Of a stretch of 64,000 bases of DNA, positions 26,155-37,946 are shown in pieces. Made by a program: the position numbers and the translations under genes. The notes beneath the pieces were generated by a model, which saw nothing but the letters and a program-made list of their open reading frames with translations, searched no databases and was not told the DNA's origin. Source of the DNA: Blepharisma stoltei ATCC 30299 (lineage: Eukaryota; Protista; Ciliophora); assembly GCA_965603825.1 (NCBI GenBank), contig CBFDEM010000013.1, positions 186,001 to 250,000 on the forward strand, written 5' to 3'. Each line of letters starts with the position of its first letter. Within the stretch, counting starts at the first letter, position 1.

Positions 26155-26643
26155 CTATTTATGTCTTTTTCTGTAAATATCTTTCCGGTGCTTTATTTCG
26201 TCAATTAAATTAACAGAGCTTTCATTTATGTTGCTAGAAAGAGACCTCTGATGAAAATGCCTTTTTCTAGAGATACATTGAGTGCTTTTGTCAGCCTTTC
26301 TACTATCACTTTTGTCAATTGATTTTTCATATTTATTTAAATATCTTCTTCCATGACAATTTTCTGACGGCATTATCTCGAACCAAGTGTCAAAAGTTGT
26401 GTCTTTTTGGGTGAAAAAACTCTGCCTCAAGTTGCTCCTGTCTTCGATATTGCTTTTATCGTTTTCACATGTAGTAATCCTTGAGCTATAATCTTTGCCT
26501 TTCAATATTTCTAGTAAACTCAGCTCTTTAAAGGCTTTTTCTTGGAAAATGGTGTCGTTGTCGCCTTTGTCGTCAAAGAATTCAAAAGTTTGCTGCCTTT
26601 CTCCACAACTTCCACAAAATTTATTACCAATAGAGGATCCCAT
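26155..26643 (-). CDS. Hypothetical protein, possible N-myristoylation (162 aa)
   Basis: MGSSIGNKFCGSCG start; TAG stop. Confidence 0.55.
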   Translation of the reverse strand: MGSSIGNKFCGSCGERQQTFEFFDDKGDNDTIFQEKAFKELSLLEILKGKDYSSRITTCENDKSNIEDRSNLRQSFFTQKDTTFDTWFEIMPSENCHGRRYLNKYEKSIDKSDSRKADKSTQCISRKRHFHQRSLSSNINESSVNLIDEIKHRKDIYRKRHK

Positions 26644-26654
26644 TTAAATATTAT

Positions 26655-28433
26655 CTAAGAAGGGCTGCCTGTGCCGCCAGTGACTTGCCCGTTCATCATA
26701 TAATTAAGGATGTCCCGGGTGTATTTAAGCCTTTTTGCCATTTCTCCATGGGTGCTTTCTAGAGCTTCTGCAAGAGGAATTGTGACCCTTTCAGCCCTTT
26801 TATTGACATAAGTCACTACTTTTTCTTCACTGGATAAGATTACTTCAGTTTGATCTTGGAAACTAACCTGAACGATCTTATTGGATAGCCTGAATAAAAT
26901 TGCGCGCTTAGTTCTCATCCATTTTTTCACATAAGGAGGTGGATTTTCATTAGAAAAATGAAGCTCCTGAGCTACTGGAGCATCACCTTCTGCTTCCAAA
27001 TAGTTTTTAAAATGCTGCAGTAAAGCGACTTTTTTGTGTAGGCTTTTAGGATAATTATCTAAAGAATAAGAAAAAGTGATGTCTCTTCTATCAGTTGTCC
27101 TCTCAACATAATAAAACTGTGTTGCATTTGGCTCAATTATAATTTTACATGAGTCATTAAAATAGACTCCTGCGCATCCGTTCGACAAAACGTAGCCTAG
27201 TCCATACTTGCTTGAATAATCCACCCACTTTTTAACCCAAATATTCTGAGTTGTAGGCTCATTTTTTGCTTTAATTGAGGCAACTTCAGTTACTTTGGGA
27301 GATAATGTCCTTTGAGTGTTTTCAATTGAAGTTCGGGTCCCATGGGTTTTTGGTCTTAAGGAAGCTGCCATGTCTCTTGGTGAAGTTGCAGTTAAAGTAT
27401 TACGAGAAATTCGTAAAGGTGCAGTATCAATAGTTGGCTGCTGTTGGGTACCCATAGATGAAGGCAAAAACTGTTTAATATACTTATCAGATGGAGGGAC
27501 TGCAAGTGTGCTAATAGGCAAGAACTGTGGGATTGAATGCCCCATATGAAAAAAATCATGCTCCAGTATTTCATCAAGACTTGGCCTTCTAGAAGGCTCA
27601 GTCCTCAAAATTCGAGTAATTAGACTTCTTGCTTGTTCTGATATTCTAACTGTATCAGGAAACGAATAAGCGTTCATTTTGATTAAGTTGTATGTCTTCT
27701 TTACATCATTAGTCTCAAAAGGCGGCTTTCCTATAAGCAATGTAAACAAAATTACTCCAAACGACCATATGTCGACTTCATAGCTGTGCCCTTCTTTGCC
27801 GTCTAAAATTTCAGGTGCAATGTAATTTGGGGTGCCACAAATGGTTTTCCTCATCTGGCCGTCATATTCCAGCTTGCTTGCAAGGCCGAAGTCACCTAGT
27901 TTTAATTCCATCTTTTCACTAATAAACAAGTTCCCAATTTTTAGGTCTCTATGAATTACTTTTTTTTGATGCAGATATTTTAATGCTGAAATTATTTGAA
28001 TTGAATAACACTGAACTTCAAGCTCGGTCAGCCGTTTGCGGCGCCTCAGAAGTTCACTCATTGTTTGGTTTGGGCAAAGCTCCAACAAAATATACACGTT
28101 TTCATTGTCTTCAAAAAAATGTTCAAAACCGACTATATTTGCATGCCGCAAAGAGCGATGAATTTTTATTTCTGACATCAATTTCTGTTTGGCTCGGGAT
28201 TTAGTGAGCGAAGCTTTTACGACTACTTTTCCAGCATAGACTTTGCGGGTTTCCAAACTTGTGAACTCGTAGACCCTGGCAAAGCCTCCTTTACCCAAGA
28301 ATTTTCCTTTGGAATATCTTCTTATGGTCACTTCGCCGCTTGGTTTTACGATTTGTTCTTCAATAATGCCTTCATTATTAACAGAGTCTTTTGAGGTTGA
28401 TTTTCTTGCTGATGATCTTGAACTTAAAGCCAT
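26655..28433 (-). CDS. PLK1: Polo-like kinase
   Basis: GKGGFA, HRDLK, DFGLA, TICGTPNYIAPE; polo boxes WVKKWVDYSSKYGLGY and YVKKWMRTKRAILFRLSN. Confidence 0.97.
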   Translation of the reverse strand: MALSSRSSARKSTSKDSVNNEGIIEEQIVKPSGEVTIRRYSKGKFLGKGGFARVYEFTSLETRKVYAGKVVVKASLTKSRAKQKLMSEIKIHRSLRHANIVGFEHFFEDNENVYILLELCPNQTMSELLRRRKRLTELEVQCYSIQIISALKYLHQKKVIHRDLKIGNLFISEKMELKLGDFGLASKLEYDGQMRKTICGTPNYIAPEILDGKEGHSYEVDIWSFGVILFTLLIGKPPFETNDVKKTYNLIKMNAYSFPDTVRISEQARSLITRILRTEPSRRPSLDEILEHDFFHMGHSIPQFLPISTLAVPPSDKYIKQFLPSSMGTQQQPTIDTAPLRISRNTLTATSPRDMAASLRPKTHGTRTSIENTQRTLSPKVTEVASIKAKNEPTTQNIWVKKWVDYSSKYGLGYVLSNGCAGVYFNDSCKIIIEPNATQFYYVERTTDRRDITFSYSLDNYPKSLHKKVALLQHFKNYLEAEGDAPVAQELHFSNENPPPYVKKWMRTKRAILFRLSNKIVQVSFQDQTEVILSSEEKVVTYVNKRAERVTIPLAEALESTHGEMAKRLKYTRDILNYMMNGQVTGGTGSPS

Positions 28434-28820
28434 CTATTATAACTATAATTAATAGGAGTGAAAGAATGGAAGCTTTGGAGTATTATATTTGTGTAAATAT
28501 TTAAGTAAAGCAGATAGTGATTATTTTAATAGCAAAGAGTATTTTAAATGATTTTTATAGATATTTGAAGTATGTTATATTTTTAAAATAAAAAAATAAT
28601 TTGAGGAATTTTAATTAAGGCTCGGCTAAATAATGGCAATAAAGCCTAAAAGTATTAAAATAATTTTAAATTAAAATAATTTTAGAATAGCTTTATTATC
28701 TAAAGTTATGCAATAAAAAAGTTAAGTCAATTTAGATTTATATCCAAGTGAAGCCACACAACAAATAATGTGTTAAATAATAGCTCGCTTTTTTAGATTT
28801 ATGATATTTATATTTTAAAT

Positions 28821-29291
28821 ATGGGTTGTGGTACAAGCAATACAAAAAGAAGCAACTCAATTCGGCAAATGGTGAGCAATATTTAGTCTGCGCCTAAATT
28901 TCACATAAAGATAATGAACCCCAAGAACAACCAACTTGCAGAGTTTGACATTACTACTAATTACGAGGTTATGCCTCTGCCTACAGTTATGAATTTATTG
29001 AGTTTTGATAAAAACCAAGGCGATTACGTCAAGGCAAACTTTATATCAATCTACAATGCAAAGGAAGACAGATACGAATATTTTGTACAGCAGCTCTTGG
29101 GGGTTGAAGTAGAAAAAGAAAAGCCTTATGATGGCAAAATTTGGGTTGTTTATATCAATGGGAAAAAATGTAATTGGGATGAGGCATGTGAATCAGACCA
29201 AACTGTGGCTATTACAGATGAAATTTTTTGGAGATTCCAAGACTTAAATGAGAATCTGCCTCTGGTTACTGCAGCAAGCATCAACAGTTAA
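28821..29291 (+). CDS. MGCG-acylated small protein with DUF4430/transcobalamin-C-like beta-grasp domain (~151 aa); intron 28872-28886
   Basis: ATG at 28821 (MGCGTS); YFVQQLLGVE...WVVYINGK...VAITDEIFWRF pattern. Confidence 0.6.
28872..28886 (+). other. 15-nt intron GTGAGCAATATTTAG
   Basis: Removes in-frame TAG. Confidence 0.8.
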
Positions 29292-29536
29292 ATAAGTATA
29301 AAGTTTATTGCGAAATAATAGAGAAATATAATTAATCTTTCAAATAAGTTGGAGAAATAGCTAGAAAAGACTAAATGTTCAAAGGTTGTGCTTAATTTCT
29401 GATATACATCTACTGCAGTATAGCATCTTATACTTAAAATTATTTTTCAGCATTCTATAAGATTGCCAATGACTTGCCAAACATTTGATTACTTTTCATA
29501 AAGGTATTTACCTTTAGCAAAAGTTCTAATTTAAAA

Positions 29537-30205
29537 ATGAAAAATCCAAATGAATTCAAACTTGACGATTATGAACAATCAGCAGAAGAATTTGAAAAAT
29601 ACGTCAATGCACTTGCAAAGAAAAATCCTGTAAATGCACAGAATTCTGAGCTGAAAACTGCTGTGTCTAATTATCTAACTCATTGCAGGCATGAAGAAAG
29701 CAGTGATATGATGATACTCTCAGGGATACTTAGAGCTCTGCGCAACTGAGGAGCTACTCCAGAGCAGAAATCAGAAAACGACCAGCTTTATCAAATCCAA
29801 AGCAAATTGGCTTTACTTTGCCAAAAACAGTCAGAATTCAATATTCAGCTACAAAGGCTGAATGGCCAATTATCAGCTTTAGAAGAGTTGAAAGACTTAA
29901 AAACAAGAGAATCCTTAGGATTTGAAAGTGAGGACGAAGTTGACCAAAGGATCAACTCTTTAGCTTTAAAAATTTCCCAGAATTTGCAGGAAGGCAAAGC
30001 CTCAGAAAATCCTCGAAATTTCCAGGAAATGGAAAAATTAAAATCACTGAGAAACAAAGCTAAAGATGTCCAAGCAGTAAACGAAGAAATTGAAGCTGTC
30101 CTCAATGAAAAATTATCGGTGGAGTCGTTTTTGAAGGATACTGCTGAAGACTATAAAAGTTTGAAAGTTCGTGAAAAATTTTTATTAAATAATAGTAATC
30201 CTTAA
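29537..30205 (+). CDS. Coiled-coil hypothetical protein (~222 aa)
   Basis: Two ORFs joined by TGA=Trp at 29747. Confidence 0.65.
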
Positions 30206-30991
30206 TGAAATCCTATGAAATTACAAAATGAGCAAAAATTTTTCAAAGAGCTGCAGTTCCTGAACCTTATTTGTCAGCAAAATGAATAATTGAGAAAGGA
30301 GAATGCTATAGTAGGCAGCAAAGTAATAGAAACTCAGAAATGATGTATTCAAGATTAAGACATAAGCCAATCCAATACATACTTGGAGATACTTACTTTA
30401 TGGGAAACAGAATTCTTGTAAAGCAGCCAGTCTTGATCCCGAGAGTAGAAACAGAAAAACTCTGCGAGCTTATCCTAGAAGATATGAAAAACAAGCAGCC
30501 TTTCAAATTCCTTGAAATTGGCTGTGGGAGTGGCTGCATTTCAATATCCCTCTGCAAAGTAACCTTAATTATAGAACTCCAATTGTGAAGGGGTAGCTAT
30601 TGATATCTCCCAGCATGCAGTTTCCCTCACAAAGAAAAATGCAAAACTAGTTCTAGGAAAAAAATGGTATAAAAAATTATCAGTCTATGAATCTGATATG
30701 TGGAAATTTTCTCCTGGAAATAAATTTGACCTTATTGTAAGCAATCCTCCTTATATTCCTTCATTAATGATAAATGGACTTGAAAAACAAGTGAAGCTGT
30801 GAGAAGATAATAGGGCTTTAGATGGAGGTGATGATGGGTTTAAATATGTGGAGTTTATTATTAAGCAAGATTGAGTAAAAGAGAATGGAGAGATGTGGTT
30901 TGAGATAGATTCAAGCCATAAGGACAAAGTGGAGGGAGAATATATAGAAGATATATTTGGGAGATGTAGGTATTTAAAAATAAAAAAATAA
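30205..30991 (+). CDS. HEMK1: HemK/PrmC release-factor glutamine methyltransferase (~256 aa); intron 30559-30574
   Basis: PIQYILG, VLIPRVETE, LEIGCGSGCI, DLIVSNPPYI, ALDGGDDG. Confidence 0.9.
30559..30574 (+). other. 16-nt intron GTAACCTTAATTATAG
   Basis: Required to bring NPPY into frame. Confidence 0.88.
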
Positions 30992-31312
30992 TAGAATAAT
31001 TTGATAAAGTGCTTTATTATTTATTAAGATAATTTTTTTTAATTATAATTTCATATTACTCAGATTAAATTTATAACAAAATTTATAGAGATGTTATAAA
31101 AAGCTGTATTTGATATTGAACAATTTCTATTTAAAAGTAAAGCAACTAGATACATTTAATTTTAAACCTCTATTGCTTTAAAATTAAAATTTATATATAT
31201 GTTAGCAAAATTTTTTAAGGCTGATGATATTTTTGCAAGATCAAAGTAGCTTTATCTAATCACTATAGAGCTCGATTAAAAATTCCCATATGTTACCTAA
31301 ATTTAAATAAAA

Positions 31313-33406
31313 ATGACAAAGCTTTACAAAATGTGCATATACTCTTCTGTTGGCCTTGCTTCATTTCTTGCAGGAATAGTAATTATATACGCATATTTGA
31401 AGATTAGAGGCCTAAGAAAGCATCCTGGTATGCTCATTCTTTGGCAGTGCGTCGCTCAAACTATAATAGATGGCCAATGAGCATACACAGCTTTTTATTA
31501 TTGAATAACTGGAAGTGAGCCTTCAGATATAGCTTGTCAAATTCAAGGATTAATATCCCTCTATTGCTTCATTATGAGCTGAAATTATAGCTTATGCTTA
31601 AGTATAGAAGTTTTATTAACGATCAGAACTCCTACAAAGAGAAATTATTCAAAGCTTGCCCCTATCTATCACTTTATTTGTAATGCTTTTGCTTTAGCAA
31701 TTTTAATTGCTACCTTAGTCACTGAAGCTGCAGGAAAATCTGCAACTGGTTCCTGCTTTATAAGGGAAGGTACCTGAGCAGTGTAAATTATATATAGGAA
31801 ACTTATGGTTGTGCCATTTGCTATATACTTCCCCTTTAGCATATTCACAGTTGTTTATTCTTGTATAGAAATTCAAAGATCTAGATCTGAAAGGCTAAGA
31901 AATTTTCTTTTAAAACATTGCTTATTTTTAGTTGTTTACACTTTATTTTGAATTCCTATTAGCTTGCATATAGAAATAACTGACGATACAGGGGATAATT
32001 TAGGCTGCTTTTTATATATTTCAATATTCTGTGCAAGTGCTTCAGGCCTAGCTATAAATACTGTGAGACTTTCTGATCCTGTTTTTATCAGATATATTAA
32101 AAGAAAGCTCGGAGGGCTTCATTTTAGGCATGCTCCTGACTTAGTGACCTCTATTTTAACTGATACCCAGCAAGGAGAAAGTGGAATGTCAATGGTAGAG
32201 ACTACAAGGATGAGTTTTTATGAGTCCTCATATACACATGTATTTAATACTATTTTTGCAGATACTGTACTTAATATGCTCATGGCATTTAATGTTGTGT
32301 TTAAAAAGTCAAATAAGGAAATCGATAGAGTCAACTTTGAAAGAAAGGATTCGTGGAGGTAAAAACTAAGCAGCGTTGATTTTTATAAACAATTTTATGT
32401 GTATGAAATTAATCCTGACGATATTTTTAGGCTTGGGCTTGATGAAGTTATTTCAGTTCACTGTATTTATTAAGCAGTTAAAAAATTTTATTGTAAAGTG
32501 ACAGAATGGGCACCGTTAGTGTTCAGAAATTTAAGATATGTAGAAGGGATAACTGATGATGATCTTTTGAGGTCATTTGATGTCGCATTAAATCTTCCGG
32601 CGATAAAAAAAAATACTGGAAATAGAGGCGGCCGAAGTTCGGCTTTTTTTTATTTTTCGTATGATAAAAAATATTTTATCAAAACAATTTCAAAGCAAGA
32701 GCAAAAAGTTTTACTAAGTCTCCTTCTCCCTGAATATCATACCCACATAACTACTCATCCAAACTCCCTTATAGCTCGAACACTAGGCTTTTTCTCTCTA
32801 AAAGTTCAAGGCATTCATCTCAGACTCCTCTTGATGCAAAATATTTTCCCTTTAAATTCCCATAAAATTGCCTTCGACCTAAAAGGAAGCCGACTCGACA
32901 GACAATCCATAAAACACAGTGGAGTGATGTCCACAAAAGATTTAATCGGAGATTGTATATATAAAGACCTAGATTTTTTGCATACCCAAAAGTACGTTTA
33001 TCTTCCATATGATGATGCTTTATTTCTAAAGCAAAGAATATATGATGATGTCCAGCTTTTCAGTAAGCTAAATATTATGGATTATTCATTGCTGCTCGGA
33101 ATTGCAGAAGACCCAGTAAAAGATTGGAGATATTTTATGCAAGCAGCAACGTCTGAGTATGAAAGTGGCTATATTATGGGGATTATTGACTATCTACAGA
33201 TTTATAATAAGGCTAAAAAGTTTGAGACTTTTAGCAAAAATCTAAGAATTGGGATAAAAAAGCACGAAATTAGTTCAATCTGTAGTGAAGAGTACCGGGA
33301 CCGATTTTTAAAATTTTTGGATTCTATAGTGAGTATGGAGCCAAATGAAAATAAAAATAGTTTAATAAGTGAAATTACTTTTTGTTTGTGTGTGATTAAT
33401 AATTAA
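31313..33406 (+). CDS. GPCR-PIP kinase fusion: cAMP-receptor-like 7TM + PIP5K domain (~682 aa); introns 31783-31797, 32359-32373, 32463-32477
   Basis: N-terminal TM helices (LRKHPGMLILW, ACQIQGLISLYCFIMSWNY, IYHFIC, GSCFI); PIPK motifs APLVFRNLR, GGRSSAFFYFSYDKKYFIKT, DLKGS, MDYSLLLG, GIIDYLQ. Confidence 0.87.
31783..31797 (+). other. 15-nt intron GTAAATTATATATAG
   Basis: Removes in-frame TAA. Confidence 0.82.
32359..32373 (+). other. 15-nt intron GTAAAAACTAAGCAG
   Basis: Removes in-frame TAA, linking 7TM part to PIPK. Confidence 0.78.
32463..32477 (+). other. 15-nt intron GTATTTATTAAGCAG
   Basis: Removes in-frame TAA just before the PIPK domain. Confidence 0.78.
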
Positions 33407-34567
33407 ATGGATTCTTCTAGTGAAGAAGAAAACAGCGAAGATGAGAAAACAGAGTTTATATCGCAGACAAGACTAGATATAGATATGACTCAATCAATTC
33501 TTGGGTCAAGTCCTTTCGTTTTTATAGTTCTTGACTGTTTTTATTATATCGCAGGTGAAAAAATCACTGGGGAAGTTTTATTATATTTACCTGAATCTTG
33601 TCCTCCTGGATCACTAGTTTTTATGTCTAGTGGAATAGAAGAGGTCTATCTATATAATGACGATAATAAAGAAAAGCCAGTTGAAGAAGACTGCAACGCT
33701 ATTTTCGACTTAAGAGAAGTTATTAAAGAATGGAGGACAATGATACCTGCAGGACAATATGTTTTCCCTTTTGCATTTAAGCCGCCCCGCTATGCACCCT
33801 CAACTTATTATTTTGCAGGAAACGTTTCGACTGATAAATATATAAAAGCTGAGGTTTCTTATAAAATCACAGCAAAACTGACAATAAATGCGCACCCAGA
33901 AAGATCGTTACAGCATCAAAGAGTAATGATTTTAAGAAACAAAAACACAAGAACTAAGCCAAATCCTATTATGGAAATTACACATATTGTGAGCGGCTGC
34001 TGCTGTACCAAAAAAGGACTTACTCATTTTAAATTGAGTGTATTAGGAGATTGCCATTGTCAATCTGATGGGAAAATCAAATACAATTTGACCCCAGACA
34101 ACTCAAAATGCCTTGCAAAAATCACAAGAGTAATTGGGCATGTTGTGCTAGATCTAGAATTTACCATAAAATCAAGGGTGTATAATATAAGAAAAGATTT
34201 ATCGTCAGTGACTTCTTGAATAAATGTTGAAAATGGAGATATTTTAGACAAAGACTTTGAACATGCAGCAGAAATCGCTCTTCATGAAGATATGAACACG
34301 TCGAGCAATTATTCGGTATTGATAAAATGCACACATTTTATCGAAGTATTAGTGTTTTATGAACTTGCTTGCAATAAAAAACCTGTCAGAATAAGGCTTC
34401 CTGTTCATGTAGATCCTAAGGATTCTGTATTTAAACGTGAAGACCCAGTACTTCCAAGGCCCTGGGAGCCTGATGAAGCTCCTATAATGAATTTCATGAT
34501 ACCTGAGAGTAGGCAGTCAAGCTCCTACTGTGAAACAGTTGCTGATATAAATTCTTCACCTTATTAA
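33407..34567 (+). CDS. Arrestin-fold (alpha-arrestin-like N + C domain) protein (~386 aa)
   Basis: YYIAGEKITGEVLL, IPAGQYVFPFAFKPPRYAPSTY, AEVSYKITAKL, LIKCTHFIEV...IRLPVHV; TGA=Trp at 34217. Confidence 0.82.
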
Positions 34568-34592
34568 CAATAATTTTTTAATTACTATTATT

Positions 34593-35291
34593 ATGAATAT
34601 AAACTCATTCCAATTCTCAACAGAAGACGCTAAGAGAATTATATTGGAAGCTCCTGATACGACAAGAAAGACTGCAGTTGTGCTATTTATTACATTAGGA
34701 TTATTAATTGGAGCTTTGGCTTTTAGTCTGTATGGGATGACTGATTCATGGAACTGTGAGCTTGACTCAAGCAATCAGACATATAATTCTTTATGCCACG
34801 AACTACGAGGCTATGTAGGCTGTCGAAATGTTAAAGGCCCATTAAGCGCAGAAATTATAATCAACTACAAAGGAGAAGCGAAAGCAAGTGCTACTATGGT
34901 ATGCCCATGGGATAATGCTATATCGGAACTAAGAGTTTGCTTTATACTGGTATCAATCCTCAGCATTCTTATGGGAATTAGGAGTTTAACTACGGAAAGC
35001 AAGAAGCAAGCTGACATGGTTGTTCAAGTATCTTATATTTTTTCGTTTTTACTGCTAATGGCAAGCACGTTCGATTTATTTGCTGTGAATGATTCTGAGC
35101 TGAATAACAAAGATGTATGTACGCTCTCAGGAACTTTTGAGTTTAAGAACGTAGAAAGTGAAAGACTCCAGTGTGGCTACACATTTTATTCCATGACAGG
35201 ATTTTATGGCTACCTTTGTGGATTTGGGCTGCTTATAAGTGCTTTACAGCTAAGGACTTGGAAAGATAATTTAACTTTAGACGGCCTTTAA
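34593..35291 (+). CDS. Four-TM membrane protein with Cys-containing loops (232 aa)
   Basis: Four hydrophobic segments; no family recognised. Confidence 0.72.
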   Translation: MNINSFQFSTEDAKRIILEAPDTTRKTAVVLFITLGLLIGALAFSLYGMTDSWNCELDSSNQTYNSLCHELRGYVGCRNVKGPLSAEIIINYKGEAKASATMVCPWDNAISELRVCFILVSILSILMGIRSLTTESKKQADMVVQVSYIFSFLLLMASTFDLFAVNDSELNNKDVCTLSGTFEFKNVESERLQCGYTFYSMTGFYGYLCGFGLLISALQLRTWKDNLTLDGL

Positions 35292-35328
35292 AAATAATTA
35301 AAATCTATAAGACTTCTATAAGCACATT

Positions 35329-36633
35329 TTATTTAATTTTTGATTTTATCGCTCCCATAGTTTTTGATCTTCTTTTTTTCCTTATTTCAAAGTCCCTTTT
35401 ACTGATGGATTTCAAATCTTTTATTATTTCTTTTTTTAAAGATCCGGTCGAGTTGTTTTGGCTCTCATCTAAACGAGGGATATCGAGGAGAGCGCTTGAA
35501 TTTGATTTTAATTTTATTGATGATAATGAAAAAAGCCTTACTGCAGGCTTTTCTGGAGATAATAGACTTGAAATTTTTGTAGTTTTGTCAGCGGAAAAAG
35601 GCCGAGGTTTTATGACGTGAATGGCTGGCTCAAGCTTGCTGCAAGGAGAAGAGCATGCAATGATTTTGTCGTGTGAGCCACGCTTACGAGTTCCATATGA
35701 GGATTTTATAGCTTTTCTAGAAAGGCGCTCCATAAGAAGCCCAAAAGAAGTTGGGTTTAACTTCTTCTGGACTAAAAGCTCGGTTTTGTAATGAATTAAA
35801 TTCAAAAAATATCATTTTTCGTCAGTATCTTGTCCGAAATCTGCTTGAAGTTCTAAGCAAATAATTTTACCATGTGCAAAGTGTCCTTTTTCTACAATAT
35901 TTTTCAGAGTTTCCATCTGAGCTCTTAAAGAATCATTAATAGCAAACTCATTTTCTGTATAAGATGAATCTATGCTTCTCCTAACCAAAAATTTGTCCTC
36001 AACTGAGTAATCAGTTTTCACAGTTTCAGGCGTCTGAAATTTCTTAAATTTATTTCAGCCGTTTTTGTTTTCGATAAGTGGTCTTGCAAGTTCTCCACAA
36101 ATATCAATTTTGTTTCGCAGCAATTTGCAAGATAAATATCCCTTGGGTGGAATATAAGTAATCCTTACTTTAGAAATTTCTTTATTTGGAGAAATGATAT
36201 ATCTTTGAATAAGCATCGGCTTTCCAGCTTTTATTTGTTGTCTCCAAAGGTCAAAGCTTTCTTTCGTACTCATCAAGCATTTGCATGAGTCTGCAAAGTT
36301 CCCTTTATCTGATTTTATTATGTTAACTGGAAAAGGCTCTCTTTTGAAATAGTAGCATCGCTTAAAAAATCTCTGCACACTAACTAGGGATTACCTACTA
36401 GACTTTACTCCTTCAAGTCATGATAATTGACCGTTTTCTTTTGTGTAGATCATGTGAGGCTCATTACAGCCAAATCCGCTTACAATGGTTTCGGGTAGAT
36501 TTAAGTAGTAACTTTGGACGTTCCTTTTTAATGCTAGTAGAAGAGGTTCTATAAATTCAAGCTGGACTTTGGCATGGGTTGTTTGCTCGCTGGTTCTTCT
36601 AAGTATAAATGTATGATTCTTAAAATTTTCCAT
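35329..36633 (-). CDS. Divergent ATP-grasp/tubulin-tyrosine-ligase-like protein (~429 aa); intron 36380-36394
   Basis: Four ORFs in one frame; MLIQRYI and ADFGQDTDEK(W)YFLNL resemble ATP-grasp/TTL motifs; family call tentative. Confidence 0.5.
36380..36394 (-). other. 15-nt intron GTAATCCCTAGTTAG
   Basis: Removes in-frame TAA. Confidence 0.8.
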
Positions 36634-37033
36634 TATGTCTGTTTATTTATTTTTTTAAAAAATTATCATCAACTCATGAGATTTTTTATAAAGAGAAAAT
36701 ATTATTTAGATTAATTGATATGTTTGACTTGAGATTATTTCAACTTTTTTTTATTCCATATAATATTCATTTATAGAGCATATAACCAATGAAGATATTT
36801 TTTAAATAAATATTTAAATTTGACTTTCGCCTTTTGATATTAAAATCTAATTTTCATAAAATTTTCATACAAATTAATAATATAGACTTTTATGAAAAAT
36901 TGCAAAATATTTGAGCATTACTTATATGATTTGATAAAGATAATAGATTTCCACTCCGAAATAAATAAAAGCATTTCGATTTCTTTCCATAAATAGTTTT
37001 TATAAATAGCTTCTATTTATTATAGATTTAATT

Positions 37034-37732
37034 TTAAATTTTATTTAAAAGGTTTTCGCAAGAAAGATGACATATTTCGATAGTTTTACTCAATAAATCG
37101 ATTTTAGTATCCATTCATTCGTAGCTTCCAACAGGCTTTTCTAAAAATTCTTTATTATCTTCATCTCCCTCTGGCAAACTTGTTTGCGCCTCTTCAATCT
37201 CAATTTTTTTTATGATATCCCTATACGAATTTTGTTTTTCAATTATATCCTCTTCATTTGGAGGATTAGCAATAAACGATAGATCAATAACTCTCAATGT
37301 ATAACTCTCCATAATTACCCTGTACTGATTTTCTAGCTGCTTATAGATTTCAATTTCACTTCTTCTTTCGAACTGAACAGGCTTTTTTTCCTTCGGATTT
37401 TCTACCATGACTCTGTCATCTGGCTTGATAAAAGTTTTAAAAGCTTTTGACCGAAAAACTTCTGGGATTTTTGTTATTTCAGTGAAATAAGTTTGTAAAG
37501 CCTTTTGCCTTGTTTCTATAAAAGATAAAGAAAGTCTGCAGAAGAACTTTTTTTGAGGAAAAATTGGTAGTGGAGATTTTATCACTTGAGATAAAGCTTC
37601 GTGGAATGAAAATAAATTTGAGTAACGCCTTCGGAAATGCCAAATACCTTCATCATGATGGCTAAAAACTAAAAAGGTATATTCTGTGTGATCTGAGACA
37701 TCAAATTTCGTTATCTTTATAGTATGAGACAT
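37034..37732 (-). CDS. PX-domain protein (~232 aa)
   Basis: HTEY...RRRYSNLFSFHEAL...LPIFPQKKFF...FIETRQKALQTYF; TGA=Trp at 37115. Confidence 0.85.
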
Positions 37733-37946
37733 TTGCGACCAATTTTATTATATTTTAATCTGTATGGACATTTTAATTCCTTTTTATATTAGAAATATGA
37801 TCAGCAATGAAATATAATCATATCTTTATAATAATTTCTGAGTTTTAATGAAAATAGATCTTAATTCGCTATTTTATTGCTTAAAATTTATATAATTTAC
37901 GCATAAAATAAAAATAATTATAATTGATGATTTTGTTGCTTATTAT

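Noticed and set aside
30195-30209. Intron-like GTAATCCTTAATGAA across the TAATG overlap
   Set aside because: No AG acceptor, and removing 15 or 16 nt does not join the two frames; shows such strings can arise by chance
30205-30991. HemK as part of a UGA-recoding system
   Set aside because: Bacterial-type PrmC homologs in eukaryotes act on organellar release factors; no evidence of a link to nuclear recoding
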